Of a DNA stretch of 64,000 nucleotides, positions 13,540-26,699 are shown one piece after another. The notes under the pieces were generated by a model, which was not told the origin of the DNA, did not search any database, and worked only from the letters and a program-made list of their open reading frames with translations. Source of the stretch: Octopus bimaculoides (taxonomy: Eukaryota). The stretch's first letter is position 1. Every line of letters starts with the position of its first letter. The DNA is taken from contig NC_068987.1 in NCBI RefSeq assembly GCF_001194135.2, positions 34,945,039 through 35,009,038 on the forward strand, given 5' to 3'. The position numbers were made by a program, and so were the translations under genes.

Positions 13540-14130
13540 ATAGATAGATAGACATATGTACATATTTTCGTGCGCATATGTATATATTTATGTATAGCCA
13601 AAGAGAATATTTATCTCAGTATAAATTTTTAAATCTACGGAAAGTGTTTGTGAGATATGTTACCTCTCTAGTCTTACGAAAAAAATTTACGAAGTTATAT
13701 ATATATAGACATATATGCATACATAAAATTTCAAAATGAAAAAAAATACCCAATTTAAAAGAAGCCACAGATAGATATTTGACGAAGAAGAAAAAAAAAT
13801 ATATATATAAATAAATTACAATTCTTTCAACCCTTTCACTATAAACAATAGAATTCATCTTCTCTGTCACCGTTATCTTCATCTCTCATATTTAAGGCTT
13901 CCTCCTTGTCATACAATATTTTTCATCCGGCACCATTAAACTATCTACAGATCAATTTCTTTATATCCAACAAAATACACTACTGCATCACACCAATTTT
14001 GCTGCATTATTGCTCCCTTACTCAACATTTTCGCCACAATCAAAGATTTGTGATTGGGAAATGATATACAGTCCAGGGAAAACTATTTTGGCATAACTAC
14101 GAAATAGCTGTCAATATTTCCACGTATAAA

Positions 14131-14312
14131 AACGGTGAGCTGGTAGAATCATTAGAACGCTGACAAAATGCTTAGCGACATAACGTTCTGAGTCCAAATT
14201 CTGCCGAACTCTACATTGCCTGTCATCCGTTAGGGATCGATGAAGTAAGTACCAGTTGAGCATAGGCGTCTATGTAGTTGATTTACCCCCTCAATCTAAA
14301 TTGCTTGATGGA
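14131..14312 (+). mobile_element. SINE group B, degenerate
   Basis: acggtgagctggtagaatcattag...aaaatgcttagcg...gttctgagtccaaattctgccga...catccgttagggatcgatgaagtaagtaccagtt matches the copies at 22175-23570. Confidence 0.85.
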
Positions 14313-15418
14313 TTTGGATACTCACACACACACACACAAACGCACACTTGTATATGCATGTGTTTATGCGAGTGCGTGTGTCAGTTATCCAATCTCCTAC
14401 AAATTTACGGAACTACATATATATCATTGATAAGAATAGTATAGATATGTATACTGAGTGAGGTATACAGATTGACACAGATAAAAAGGTCGACAGCACC
14501 AAACATGTACTACACACACGCACACGCACACACACGCACACACACACACACACACACATACATACATACATATATGTGTATNNNNNNNNNNNNNNNNNNN
14601 NNNNNNNNNNNNNNNNNNNNNNNNNNNNNNNNNNNNNNNNNNNNNNNNNNNNNNNNNNNNNNNNNNNNNNNNNNNNNNNNNNNNNNNNNNNNNNNNNNNN
14701 NNNNNNNNNNNNNNNNNNNNNNNNNNNNNNNNNNNNNNNNNNNNNNNNNNNNNNNNNNNNNNNNNNNNNNNNNNNNNNNNNNNNNNNNNNNNNNNNNNNN
14801 NNNNNNNNNNNNNNNNNNNNNNNNNNNNNNNNNNNNNNNNNNNNNNNNNNNNNNNNNNNNNNNNNNNNNNNNNNNNNNNNNNNNNNNNNNNNNNNNNNNN
14901 NNNNNNNNNNNNNNNNNNNNNNNNNNNNNNNNNNNNNNNNNNNNNNNNNNNNNNNNNNNNNNNNNNNNNNNNNNNNNNNNNNNNNNNNNNNNNNNNNNNN
15001 NNNNNNNNNNNNNNNNNNNNNNNNNNNNNNNNNNNNNNNNNNNNNNNNNNNNNNNNNNNNNNNNNNNNNNNNNNNNNNNNNNNNNNNNNNNNNNNNNNNN
15101 NNNNNNNNNNNNNNNNNNNNNNNNNNNNNNNNNNNNNNNNNNNNNNNNNNNNNNNNNNNNNNNNNNNNNNNNNNNNNNNNNNNNNNNNNNNNNNNNNNNN
15201 NNNNNNNNNNNNNNNNNNNNNNNNNNNNNNNNNNNNNNNNNNNNNNNNNNNNNNNNNNNNNNNNNNNNNNNNNNNNNNNNNNNNNNNNNNNNNNNNNNNN
15301 NNNNNNNNNNNNNNNNNNNNNNNNNNNNNNNNNNNNNNNNNNNNNNNNNNNNNNNNNNNNNNNNNNNNNNNNNNNNNNNNNNNNNNNNNNNNNNNNNNNN
15401 NNNNNNNNNNNNNNNNNN

Positions 15419-15479
<61 letters not shown>

Positions 15480-15482
<3 letters not shown>

Positions 15483-15696
15483 TCTCTGTGTTTGCCACCC
15501 CCCCTCCAACATCGCTTGACAACCGATGCTGGTGTGTGTACGTCCCCGTAACATTAGCGGTTCGGCAAAAGATATCGATACAATAAGTACTAGGCTTACA
15601 CAGAATAAGTCCTGGGGTCGATTTGCTCGACTAAAAAGCGGTGATCCAGCATGGCCGCAGTCAAATGACGGGAGCAAGTAAAAGAATAAAAGAGTA
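15480..15696 (+). mobile_element. SINE group A, 3' half
   Basis: catcgcttgacaaccgatgctggtgtgtgtacgtccccgtaacattagcggttcggcaaaag...cagcatggccgcagtcaaatgac with a taaaaga tail; preceded by (AT)n(GT)n and a gap. Confidence 0.92.
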
Positions 15697-15902
15697 ATGA
15701 GCATATATAGGTGTGCACGTATATATACTGTGAAGTATTCCGATGGTGTGAAATATATTGAATGATTAGGAACACTGGCCTCTAAAATTTGTCCTGTCTT
15801 TCTTGGTCTTATATTCCTGATGCAATATTAATGCGTTAATTAAATGTGCTGTGTAAGGGGATAATTATCCTATTTTTTTTCTTCGTTATAAATGAAAATA
15901 TG

Positions 15903-15983
<81 letters not shown>

Positions 15984-16159
15984 GTGTGTATACACATAAA
16001 CTAGACCGTTGAAATCTACAATTTTATTTTCATTCGATCTCTATTTCCTCTTACACCCTTCNNNNNNNNNNNNNNNNNNNNNNNNNNNNNNNNNNNNNNN
16101 NNNNNNNNNNNNNNNNNNNNNNNNNNNNNNNNNNNNNNNNNNNNNNNNNNNNNNNNNNN

Positions 16160-16210
16160 CCCTTCTGTTGATGAGCCTAGCCTCGAAGCGTAAAATCCTT
16201 TTTTAAAATT
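16160..16210 (+). mobile_element. Possible Penelope-like terminal fragment
   Basis: cccttctgttgatgagcctagcctcgaagcgtaaaa resembles the gaAgAg...cgaaacgt end motif also seen at about 53070-53105. Assignment is from recall only. Confidence 0.3.
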
Positions 16211-17369
16211 TTCTCAAGCATCAAACTAATATACTTGCCGGTTGTTCATACACTTTTCTTCGTTTTTTGTTTTTCAATAAATTTCAATACTAACACACAT
16301 ATATATCTGTGTTGCATATATTAATGAAGCATACGGATATATATGTGCGATACAAAAATCTGATCAGTGTGATTGGGAGAGAGGATCTGCTCGAACATAT
16401 AACGGAGGAATAATAAAAAGATAAGAGACTGATTAAAAGAACAGTAAAATGGGGCTGCGAGCGTTGGGGGGCTCGTAAGCCATTTCATCCTCTTCATTAT
16501 AAATATTTCATTACATATTCATCATTCGTTACATGTACCCCACGTTTTGTGTTGTCTGTCCTTGTATTATCCACTCTATGTTGGGGCTTTATGCCTAAAT
16601 AAAGAAATGTATATGTGTGTTGCATGTGTGAGTTTGTGTGTTGCATGTGTGTTTGCAAGCAACAGCCAAGCGTTGTGAACATTCAGATGATGAGAGATCA
16701 GAAATGATTTGCGTGTGTGTGAAAGCTTGAAGTTCTAGATCATTAATCGAATATAGACACACCCTTATATGCAAACACCTTTGCGGTCACATATACACAG
16801 AGAGACAGATAGATTGGTTTACAATTCAATGGCTTAAGTGTGCTTTCCCTTCATTTGTAAAGCGTAAATTGATTATATATTTGTGTATATACGTGAAAAT
16901 ACGCATACATATACATGGAAAAGTCTGCACATATATGTGAATGAGTATGTGTATATAAATGCACGCATACACATATACATACGCTCATACACACACGCAC
17001 ACTCATGCACACGTACATAAGGAGAAATCGTTACTGTAGCTACTCAAGGACACCTGGATTTTAACATCTCGCACACACAAGTGTGTGTCTGTGTGTGCGT
17101 GAGTGAGTGTATGCGTACTCATGCCTTTAATACCTAGCATAAAACAGTATATAGATGTGAAATAGATAAATTCTGATTATTGCTACATGTATCCTTGTCT
17201 GCATACAACTGGATTGACTGATTGCATTTTGCTACGTTGCGAAAACCATGTTACGATCTATAAAACTAAAATTCTTCATCTAATATAGAGTTGTAAAAGT
17301 TGCCTTTAAAATAAATTATTATCTCTTACCGTGACAACACACTTAGTTTGCTGCTTAGGTAAGGGGAAA

Positions 17370-17670
17370 TTTTCCAAGGACTGCCAAAAACTGGTTAAAT
17401 GTTATCGTGAAGGGAACGGATTAGTAAGAAACTAACAAACGTCAAGAGGCTGACATCAGAGATCGAAGACGCTGAAAGCAACTCGTACTTCCTCGTAAAC
17501 CGCTAACCCTCCTCTTCGATAAATGTCACCAGGCTCTTCTATACCACCCTTGGTCTGAACAGCCACCTCTGGCACCTGTACCCTTGACACCCATCAGGAT
17601 GAAATGGCTCAATCTCTTGCTACATATTAACTACTCGGATATGTGATAATGCCAAAGAGTAATAAATTAT
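17370..17670 (+). mobile_element. RTE-clade LINE 3' remnant
   Basis: LFDKCHQALLYHLGLNSHLWHL resembles the RTE C-terminal CxxC...IGLxSH zinc-finger-like motif. Confidence 0.55.
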
Positions 17671-17999
17671 TTGCATTTGTATACATCACAAATCACAGAG
17701 TACAAAAGTATATAGTTACCAGTTGTACATCTGAAATAGCACGACAAAGAGCAAGGGGATAGGTATATATANNNNNNNNNNNNNNNNNNNNNNNNNNNNN
17801 NNNNNNNNNNNNNNNNNNNNNNNNNNNNNNNNNNNNNNNNNNNNNNNNNNNNNNNNNNNNNNNNNNNNNNNTATATATATATATATATTAATACTAATAG
17901 TGTATGTTGATAATATGAAAAAATGTCAGTTAGTAATAGATTAATAGTAGTGCAAAAAGTGGGCGTCTTAATATATTGCTCGTTTTGATGTATCTCCAT

Positions 18000-18450
18000 G
18001 GAAATGTCCTGCTAGGATTCTTTTTCTCAAGGCAAACTATTTTCTTCACACAATGTGTTACTTTTCTTTGCCGAGTAAGACTAACTCTAATTTCCACACT
18101 TACTCCTCTCTCACATTCATATTGTTATGTTACTTTGATGTACACAGTACACCTTTTAAAGTTTGAACCAATTTCATGTGTCCCCCATGTCCACCGTATG
18201 AATACCAAGTCTACATATTTCCACCATTATCTTTAACGATAGTCATTACTTCGTCTTGTTCTCCAAACCACAAAACAATATTTTACTTTCACACCTTTTC
18301 CTTTTTTATACCCGGAACCATTCCTATCAAATTTTCTTCCGATCCCAAATTAACCATTCAAAACCTTGATTACATTAACGATGTCTATTCATCTCTATTT
18401 CAAAGTCTAGGAGGTGTTAAATGCACTTCGGAGTTTTCTGCTTCTTGCCA
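18000..18450 (-). mobile_element. Highly decayed RTE-like 3' fragment
   Basis: Minus strand DFEIEMNRH and IVLWFGEQ weakly resemble the RTE post-RT motifs EMRMLRW and RLxWFGH. Confidence 0.3.
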
Positions 18451-18629
18451 GGTTTATCTATTAATAATTATTATAATTCATCATTATTTTCACACTCACA
18501 TCATCAACGATTCCGTCTTCAATATCTAATCTATCTAAAAGTAACATTATTGATATGTTTCATTATATGTAATTATAGCCTGTTATCACCCACGTCATCA
18601 TTATTATTTTCTATTATGTTCTTGTTGTT

Positions 18630-18661
<32 letters not shown>

Positions 18662-18662
18662 G

Positions 18663-18696
<34 letters not shown>

Positions 18697-18774
18697 GTAT
18701 TACTATTATTACTATTATTATTACTATTACTATTACTATTATTATTGTTATTGTTATTATTATTGTTATTATTA

Positions 18775-18826
<52 letters not shown>
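18630..18826. repeat. (TTA)n microsatellite with CTA/TTG variant units
   Basis: Read directly from the sequence. Confidence 0.95.
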
Positions 18827-19439
18827 CGAATCCTGAAGCTAACGAATTCCAGTTTGAAGCAGCTCTTCCTCACTGAGAATCCAATATTACATAAGAAAAT
18901 AAAAAAAGAAAGATATGTTCATCGTGTATGTTGCTAATGTACGAATATTTTCTTAACTGACAAAGGGTTTGGGAATATGTCAATGTTCGTCCCCTTCATT
19001 AACTGAATTGGATAAATGGTTCCTTTCCAGGACATTTTATTGTATAGTCTCTTTGCCATATCAAAAACCAGAATAAATCCACATTATATTAACAGAAATT
19101 GTGTTCAGCATCTTTTGCAATTTGAGGCGTACGGACAAAAAAATTCGATAATGCGAATTTTTGTAATGACAACAAAACAATTACCACCACCACCACCACC
19201 ACCACCGCCACCACTAACGCAAAAAGCAACAACAGCAACACATATATAGTTATTCTTCCAACTCGAATTGATATATGAGTCAACACTTATTAAAATTTAA
19301 AGTGCAGAGCAATTATGGTACATGGGAGAGGTCCTTATGCGACGGATATGATCAATTAAGGAGGAACACGAAATAAATATAAGTAGTGTGTACAAAAATA
19401 AGCGGAAGTTTACATATGCCTTCGTGCAATATTTCCGTG

Positions 19440-20290
19440 AGTAACCCCGCCAATGTGTAGAAGTATGTGTTCCTCCTTGACAGGCAGATGTCATAGACAT
19501 AAGAAGAAAAGTCAGCCTCTGACTGAGTGTGATCGGTGTAGATTATCTAGTCTTGACTATCTAAATACCCACCAAAGGTGTATCATGGAGTTTGGCCGCA
19601 TATACTGGTCATAGAAGAGGTAATAACAAAAGTAGTAAAGGATTGGAAGTTCAATTACTGCAACTGTGATATTTTAAAGTTATTGTGCGGGAGGAAAAAA
19701 GTTGATTTCAACTGGTTAACGAAGCGGCGGACAAAAAGCTTCTGCTAACAATAACCATTTGTTAAAAGTCTGAAAATAGTCATACTGCAAGCAAAGATAC
19801 GGGAAAACTGTATTCTCAATTCCATAAGCATGAGAACCTAACATGATATATTAAGAAGTCAATGGGTCAACTTTTTCCTTAAAGATCGACTGTAATTCAA
19901 AAATATAATCTAGACTTCATAGCCTACTGATGATTGCTACAAAATCGGCCCTGAGAAATGAGTGAAATTGTCGGGGAGTTTAGAATGAGTCCAAACACAA
20001 AATAAATAGATGGATGCAAGTTCATCTCCAATGTAATTGTCTTACTATTGGTCGAAACCAAAGAAGAATTTGATGGAAGTATGTCTGCTATTGAAGAGGT
20101 CAATTCCTGTGTATGGAAAGCTAAACTTTCACCACCCAGAAAAAGATGTGTCATCAGGCGGTGCAACCAGGCTGGATAATAGATACAAACTATTCGAAAA
20201 GACAAATTGTGTGAAGAGGCTAGAAGTGGAACGTCGTTAGTTTGGTGAAAAAGAATAGATGATTGCTGGGTGTGAAAAGTTAATTCTCAA
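19440..20290 (+). mobile_element. CR1-clade LINE, decayed RT and 3' region
   Basis: Motifs in the expected order across frameshifts: WSLAAYTGHRRGNNKS (like WKxAxVxPIHKKG), QWVNFFLKDRL (like WIxSFLxDRxQ), a TDD remnant of (Y/F)ADD at about 19925, and GGATRLDNRYKLFEKTNCVKRLEVERR (like RRATRL...ERL...LExRR). Confidence 0.55.
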
Positions 20291-20359
20291 CTTTTAAAAC
20301 TACTTTCAGCTTTTATTAAATACGAGCGCGCACGCGCAGGCACACGGTCGCAGACAAAA

Positions 20360-20628
20360 TGGCACCATAGGCAAGTGTCTTCTACTACAGCTTCGGGTAG
20401 ACATATATATATATGTTTGTGTGTCTGTGTTTGTTCCCCCCAACATCTCTTGACAACCGATGGTGGTGAGTTTACGTCCCCGTAACTTAGCGGTTCGGCA
20501 AAAGAGACCGATAGAATAAGTACTGGGCTTACAAAGAATAAGTCCTGGGGTCGATTTACTCGACTAAAGGCGATTCTCCATCATGGCCACGCTCAGATGA
20601 CTGACACAAGTAAAAGAGTTAAAGAGTA
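20360..20628 (+). mobile_element. SINE group A, head missing and internally shortened
   Basis: tggcaccataggcaagtgtcttctact, then an AT/GT tract, the full 3' body and a taaaagag tail. Confidence 0.92.
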
Positions 20629-20683
20629 GATATTATTAAGTAATAGCAATATCTCGTTTTCAAAGCAAACATTCGGAGGTTTG

Positions 20684-20744
<61 letters not shown>

Positions 20745-20794
20745 GGTAGAGAGAGAGACAGACAGACATATAGGTAGATTGATTACTAGACAGA

Positions 20795-20801
20795 GATAGA
20801 C

Positions 20802-20832
<31 letters not shown>
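20795..20832. repeat. (GATA)n microsatellite
   Basis: Read directly from the sequence. Confidence 0.9.
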
Positions 20833-20833
<1 letters not shown>

Positions 20834-20909
20834 TCACTCATTTTTGGGAGCTCTGTGCAAATTGAATATTTCCATTGTAAATACGAGTGTTTATAGATAT
20901 AATTTTAAA

Positions 20910-21295
20910 ACCGACTAGCTAGCAAAATCCTTAGGAAGTCGGCAAAATGCATAGTTGCACTTCGTCCACTTTTACGTTGTGAGTTAAAATTCAGCCATGG
21001 TCGGATTTTCAACAATGAGGTCGATGTAATCGGCTTACTCACTCCACCAAAGTAGCTGGCCTCCTGTGAAAATTTGAAGTCAATATTATTATAAGCACGT
21101 GCTTGGAGAATCTTTTGCGCGCTGGGTAAAATGCTCAGCGGCATTTCGTCCGTCTTTTCTTTCTGAGTTCAAACACTAATGAAGTCCACTTTTTCTTTCT
21201 TCCATACAGGGTCCATAAAATCACGACCAGTTTCGACGTCGATGTAATCGACCTGCTACTCTCTTCAAAAACTACTGATCTTATGATATTAAAGC
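20910..21295 (+). mobile_element. Two tandem degenerate SINE group B copies (about 20910-21090 and 21096-21295)
   Basis: Each has aaaatgc...ttcgtcc...tgagtt(a/c)aa...gtcgatgtaatcg. Confidence 0.75.
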
Positions 21296-21599
21296 AACAG
21301 ATTACAACACCTATAATCAGTGTATTGATGGCACCAATACCTTTTCTCGTGCTAAGTTTGTTCTTAGGATAAGCTTCTATACGTCATCACGCTGGATGCA
21401 ATCCCGTTTACTTCCAGAGATATTAGCAATTTTTCCTGCATGTACTTCTTAGGTTATGGTAAAATTTTAAAACTTTATGCTGTACATTTTCAAGACTTTC
21501 CCGTAATAGAATGTGATTTTAACTCATTTATCAAACTCTCTGTCGTCAACATCATTAAATTGTCTTTCTATAGCTAAAATAGTTCGTTTTTCATAACTT

Positions 21600-22000
21600 T
21601 TCGTGAATAGCTTTACTTCATCTAAAGAAAGGAGGTGATTAATTGGTCTGTCGTATCCTCGCTACCCATGTTTTGTGTCGTTAGTCTACTTAGGAAAAGG
21701 AGAAGCATGCAAAGGAGAAATGGTAACAAATGGTAAACACATTGCATCGGAGCAACAATAACAGTACTTGCCTCTCTATTCAGTATTAGAGTTGTTTCCC
21801 ATGGCTTCGTATTATTTGAGAGAAAATTACCAATAATTGGGAGGATTTTATAGATTTCCAAGTATTTCTCTATCCATTATGGGGAAAGTTAACGAATGAG
21901 TTTTGTAATCACTTCTATGATAATAAACAAATCATTTGTAAGGGTTGTTCAACAACTTGCAGAACTGTCTTTCTCGGATTACGGGAGTCAACCATCATTA
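21600..22000 (-). mobile_element. Possible decayed Penelope-like GIY-YIG region
   Basis: Minus strand tactgttattgttgctccgatgcaatgtgtttac can be read as a frameshifted YCxxCSRCNxxY motif. Weak. Confidence 0.25.
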
Positions 22001-22174
22001 AATTTCGCAATTCTCTGAATGTTTTTAGGATTCTTTTCGTAACATACTATTAGCCTTGAAGAAGTTTGATGTATTTTTGTGCATCCCTCTATGTGACATT
22101 TTGTCTTCCATCCTTTGCTTGATTTTTTTGTTTGTTTGTCGAGTGATTCATCAATTTCCTTCATTAGTTTCTTG

Positions 22175-22408
22175 TTTCTTTATTGCCCACAAGGGGCTAA
22201 ACATAGAGGGGACAAACAAGGACAGACAAAGGGATTAAGTGGATTATATTGACCCAGTCCGTAACTGGTACTTTATTTATTGACCCCCCCAAAGGATGAA
22301 ATGCAAAGTCGACCCCGGCGGAATTTCAACTCAGAACATAAAGGCAGGCGAAATATACGCTAAGCATTTCGACCGGCGCGCTACCGATTCTGCCAGCTCG
22401 CCGCCTTT
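22175..22408 (-). mobile_element. SINE group B, full length
   Basis: Reverse complement aaggcggcgagctggcagaatcggtagcgcgccggtcgaaatgcttagcg...gtcgactttgcatttcatcctttgggg...tagccccttgtgggcaataaagaa. The centre resembles the Nin-type conserved SINE domain (from recall). Confidence 0.93.
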
Positions 22409-22914
22409 AATTGGTTTCGTTCCACTTTTCTCCATTATTTGTACGTTTGATGTTGTTGAGTACTTCAATATCCACACTAAGTATATTAATTTTATTTCTA
22501 ATCTTCTTTTGACACTCTGGTTTCCTGTTTACATGTTGAGTCTTTCTCAGTATATGAAAACCATAAACTGTACCGAGCTTAATGAACATGCAGCATAAAT
22601 TAGATTACTCAGTGAGGTAAGGTCTGCATAATTTTCTTTCAAGAAAGATTTTATAACCACATTTAGTTCTTTAATACTCTATCATTATGTTTTGAGTTGC
22701 GAGTCATGGATAGTTCATTGCGATCTCTTAGTCTGAATTTGTGGCTCTCTATTAGGATTTTTGTCATAATATTTTCAAATTCAGTGTATATATTTTAACT
22801 TCAATCGTAATCAAACACGTATACACCGTCAGGTGTTATTTCGTCGAGTAAATCGGCTTGAATATGTCTCCTACAAGATTTCACTTCAACATTTTTGCGA
22901 CATTATTTGCATTA

Positions 22915-23126
22915 TTTTCTACTATAGGCACAAGGCCTGAAATTTGGTGTAGGGGATAGTCGATTTCATGGACCCCACTGCGTAACCGGTACTTATTTCA
23001 TCGACCCTGAAAGGATGACAAGCAAAGTCGACCTCGGCCGTATTTGAACTAAGAACGTAGCGACGAGCGAAATACCGCTAAGCATTTCGTCCAACGTGCT
23101 AACGATTCTGCCAGCTCGCCGCCTTA
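22915..23126 (-). mobile_element. SINE group B, left member of a head-to-head pair
   Basis: Ends ...ctaacgattctgccagctcgccgcctta on the + strand. Confidence 0.93.
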
Positions 23127-23140
23127 ATTTGCATTCTCTC

Positions 23141-23348
23141 TAAGGCGATGAGCTGGCAGAATCGTTAGCACGTTGGACGAAATGCTTAGCGGTATTTCGC
23201 TCGTCGCTACGTTCTTAGTTCAAATACGGCCGAGGTCGACTTTACCTTTCAGGGTCGATAGACTAAGTACCAGTTGTGTACTGATGTCGATATAATCGAC
23301 GGGACCCTCTCCAAAATTACAGGCCCTATGCCCAGAGTAGAAAAGATT
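23141..23348 (+). mobile_element. SINE group B, right member of a head-to-head pair
   Basis: Starts taaggcgatgagctggcagaatcgttagcacg. Confidence 0.93.
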
Positions 23349-23359
23349 GTTCTTAAAGT

Positions 23360-23567
23360 TAGGAGTTGGCAGATTCATTAGCATATCGGACAAAACGCTT
23401 CGCACAATTCCATACCTTTTTACGTTTCGAGTTCGAATTCCGCTGAGTTCGACTTTGCCTTTTATCCTTTCGGGATCGATAACTTAAGTACAAGTGAAAC
23501 AATGCGGTTTATGTAATTGACTATCCCCGTCCCCTAAATTTCCGGTGATGTGCCTATACTAGACGCG

Positions 23568-23570
<3 letters not shown>
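23360..23570 (+). mobile_element. SINE group B, degenerate
   Basis: ggagttggcagattcattagc...gagttcgaattccgctgagttcgactttgccttttatcctttcgggatcgataacttaagtac. Confidence 0.85.

Positions 23571-23633
<63 letters not shown>
23568..23633. repeat. (ATT)n microsatellite at the 3' flank of an R4/Dong element
   Basis: Read directly from the sequence. Confidence 0.95.
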
Positions 23634-24636
<1,003 letters not shown>

Positions 24637-25570
24637 ACGTTTGACATTTGTTTGTATTTGTGCAAGTTGAATCTAAGTTTCACCCAGAGACGTCAAAAGA
24701 CAATTTAGAAGTTCAAGTTGGTGTTATGAATAGGGTGCCACATATTTGGTTTTGCACACAGTATTGTTCTAGAGAATATTTAAGAAAACATTAAAAAATT
24801 ATATGATTGTTTTAAAATTTGGGATTACATATACTATTTTACGTAGAATATGGGCTGTTCCCGTGAGTACTATCTTTTGAATTTCTGCTATTTGGGGATT
24901 TCCAGGTATCTGAGCTAGGTGGCAATTCCGCACCTTTGGCTATTATACCTAGGTCACCTATGACAATAGGTATTTTAGTCTTGAGGTTCCACATTTTGAC
25001 AATTTCTATATCAAGATCTTTATACTTGCTCAGTTTTTGATAGGTCTTCACAGATAAATTTATATCGATTGGGACAGTCATATCGATGGGGACAGTCATA
25101 TCGATTGGAAAAGCATATCGATGAGAAAGCATGATTTTTGTGTGAAGTCCTTTAATATAATGTCTGGCCTATTCGCACCTATCTCTCTGTCAGTTTGAAT
25201 GGTGAAGTTCCAAAGGAGTGAGACGTGGTTATTTTCTAGCACTAGAAGTGGTTTGTGTTCCCACCAGTTTTTATCATGGGGCAGGTCCAAGGTTTTGCAA
25301 ATTACCCAATGAATATACTGTTCTACTTTATCATGCCTGTTGAGAAGCTCTCTGGGTGCCAAAATACTGCACATGGAGACATGATCGATGGTTTCATTTT
25401 GTTGTTTACATACACATGTTGGTTTTCTGCCGTTCTATAATATGTTGGCCTGGTAGCACCATTTAGGTAGGCATTGATCTTGGTCTACTATGATAAACCA
25501 TTCTGTCTCTGATTTTAGGTCAGAAAATACTAATCATTGATGGGTAAGGGTTTATACCTTGTAATATGAT
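24637..25570 (-). mobile_element. R4/Dong-clade element, 5'-truncated; same subfamily as 62216-63303
   Basis: ORFs 25096-25374 (RHDKVEQYIHW...LWNFTIQTD...ANRPDIILKD) and 24839-25132 (SKYKDL...IPIVIGDLG). The 3' UTR and upstream coding sequence align by eye with 62216-63303. Confidence 0.93.
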
Positions 25571-26699
25571 CCCGGTTCTATTTTAAAGGTAATTGAATGA
25601 CATAATTCAGTATGCAAAATATATCGGACAATTGATGTTCTAACTTGGCCGATGTGTCCATTGCACAATCATTCACAATCAGAAAGTTTATAAGAATTAT
25701 ACACTTGTTTTTTTTTTTGCTTTTTTCTCAGTTTATTTATGTAATATTTTTTTAAGATTTCCAGTGGTGCCACAAATACCAATTCCGAATAAGAAACTAT
25801 TTATATGGGTGGTCTGAGAATCAATGAAAAACTTGGTAGATGACACGGTTTTTGTTTTGAGATTGGCAAAATAAATATCATTATTTCCACTTCCACTCTA
25901 ATCAATCACATTTACCTAAGAGTCAGCGGCAATTTTGTCAAATACTTCAGTTTTGATATTTCTCGAACCACCTTCTACTTCTATGCTTTCTCTCGTTATT
26001 TACATTCTCATTCGTAAAACTTTTGGCTTGGTATTATATTTCACTCTTTGAGATATCCATGTCAGTCTACAGCTTATTCTTAATGACGTTCTAGTAAATA
26101 TTAGGTAATTTATCGCCGTGATAAAGTTTTAAATATGCTTCTTCTGTATTAGATTTACACAACAGGAAGTACATTGCGTTATATTACGCCTCCGCAGCAT
26201 TATTATTTTCTACCCTAGTGCATTTATGTTTTAGCTTTATCGAATGATGATGGTGTGCATGAAGGGCTAGTGATAAGTGTTATACTCTTAAAGGCAGCAT
26301 TCATGCCGATAGTTTGCGAAGGGATAGCACAATTAAGAACATATTCGCCCTCAGACTGGTCTGTTTCTGGAGGATGTACACGCTTTTTATTCACGCATCA
26401 ACCAATGCTTTTAAAATGAGTCAATACGCTAGGTCCCTGGAAAGAGGAAGCTGTGTCCTAGTTTCACCTTTGTCGCAGATTACTATAACTATATGATTAA
26501 ACGATATTTCATAGTATTGTAAGTATTTGTAACATTTACAGTATACGTCTCAATATTGTGTACGTCTTTTGTATAAAGTCCTTTTCTATTTGACATTTGA
26601 AAGGCTATTTCTAAACATGTATCTCTTTATTTATGTAGATGTATGTGGGTGCTATTAACTGAGAAGCTTTTGTTAGCAATATTTATATGTAATACTGTT

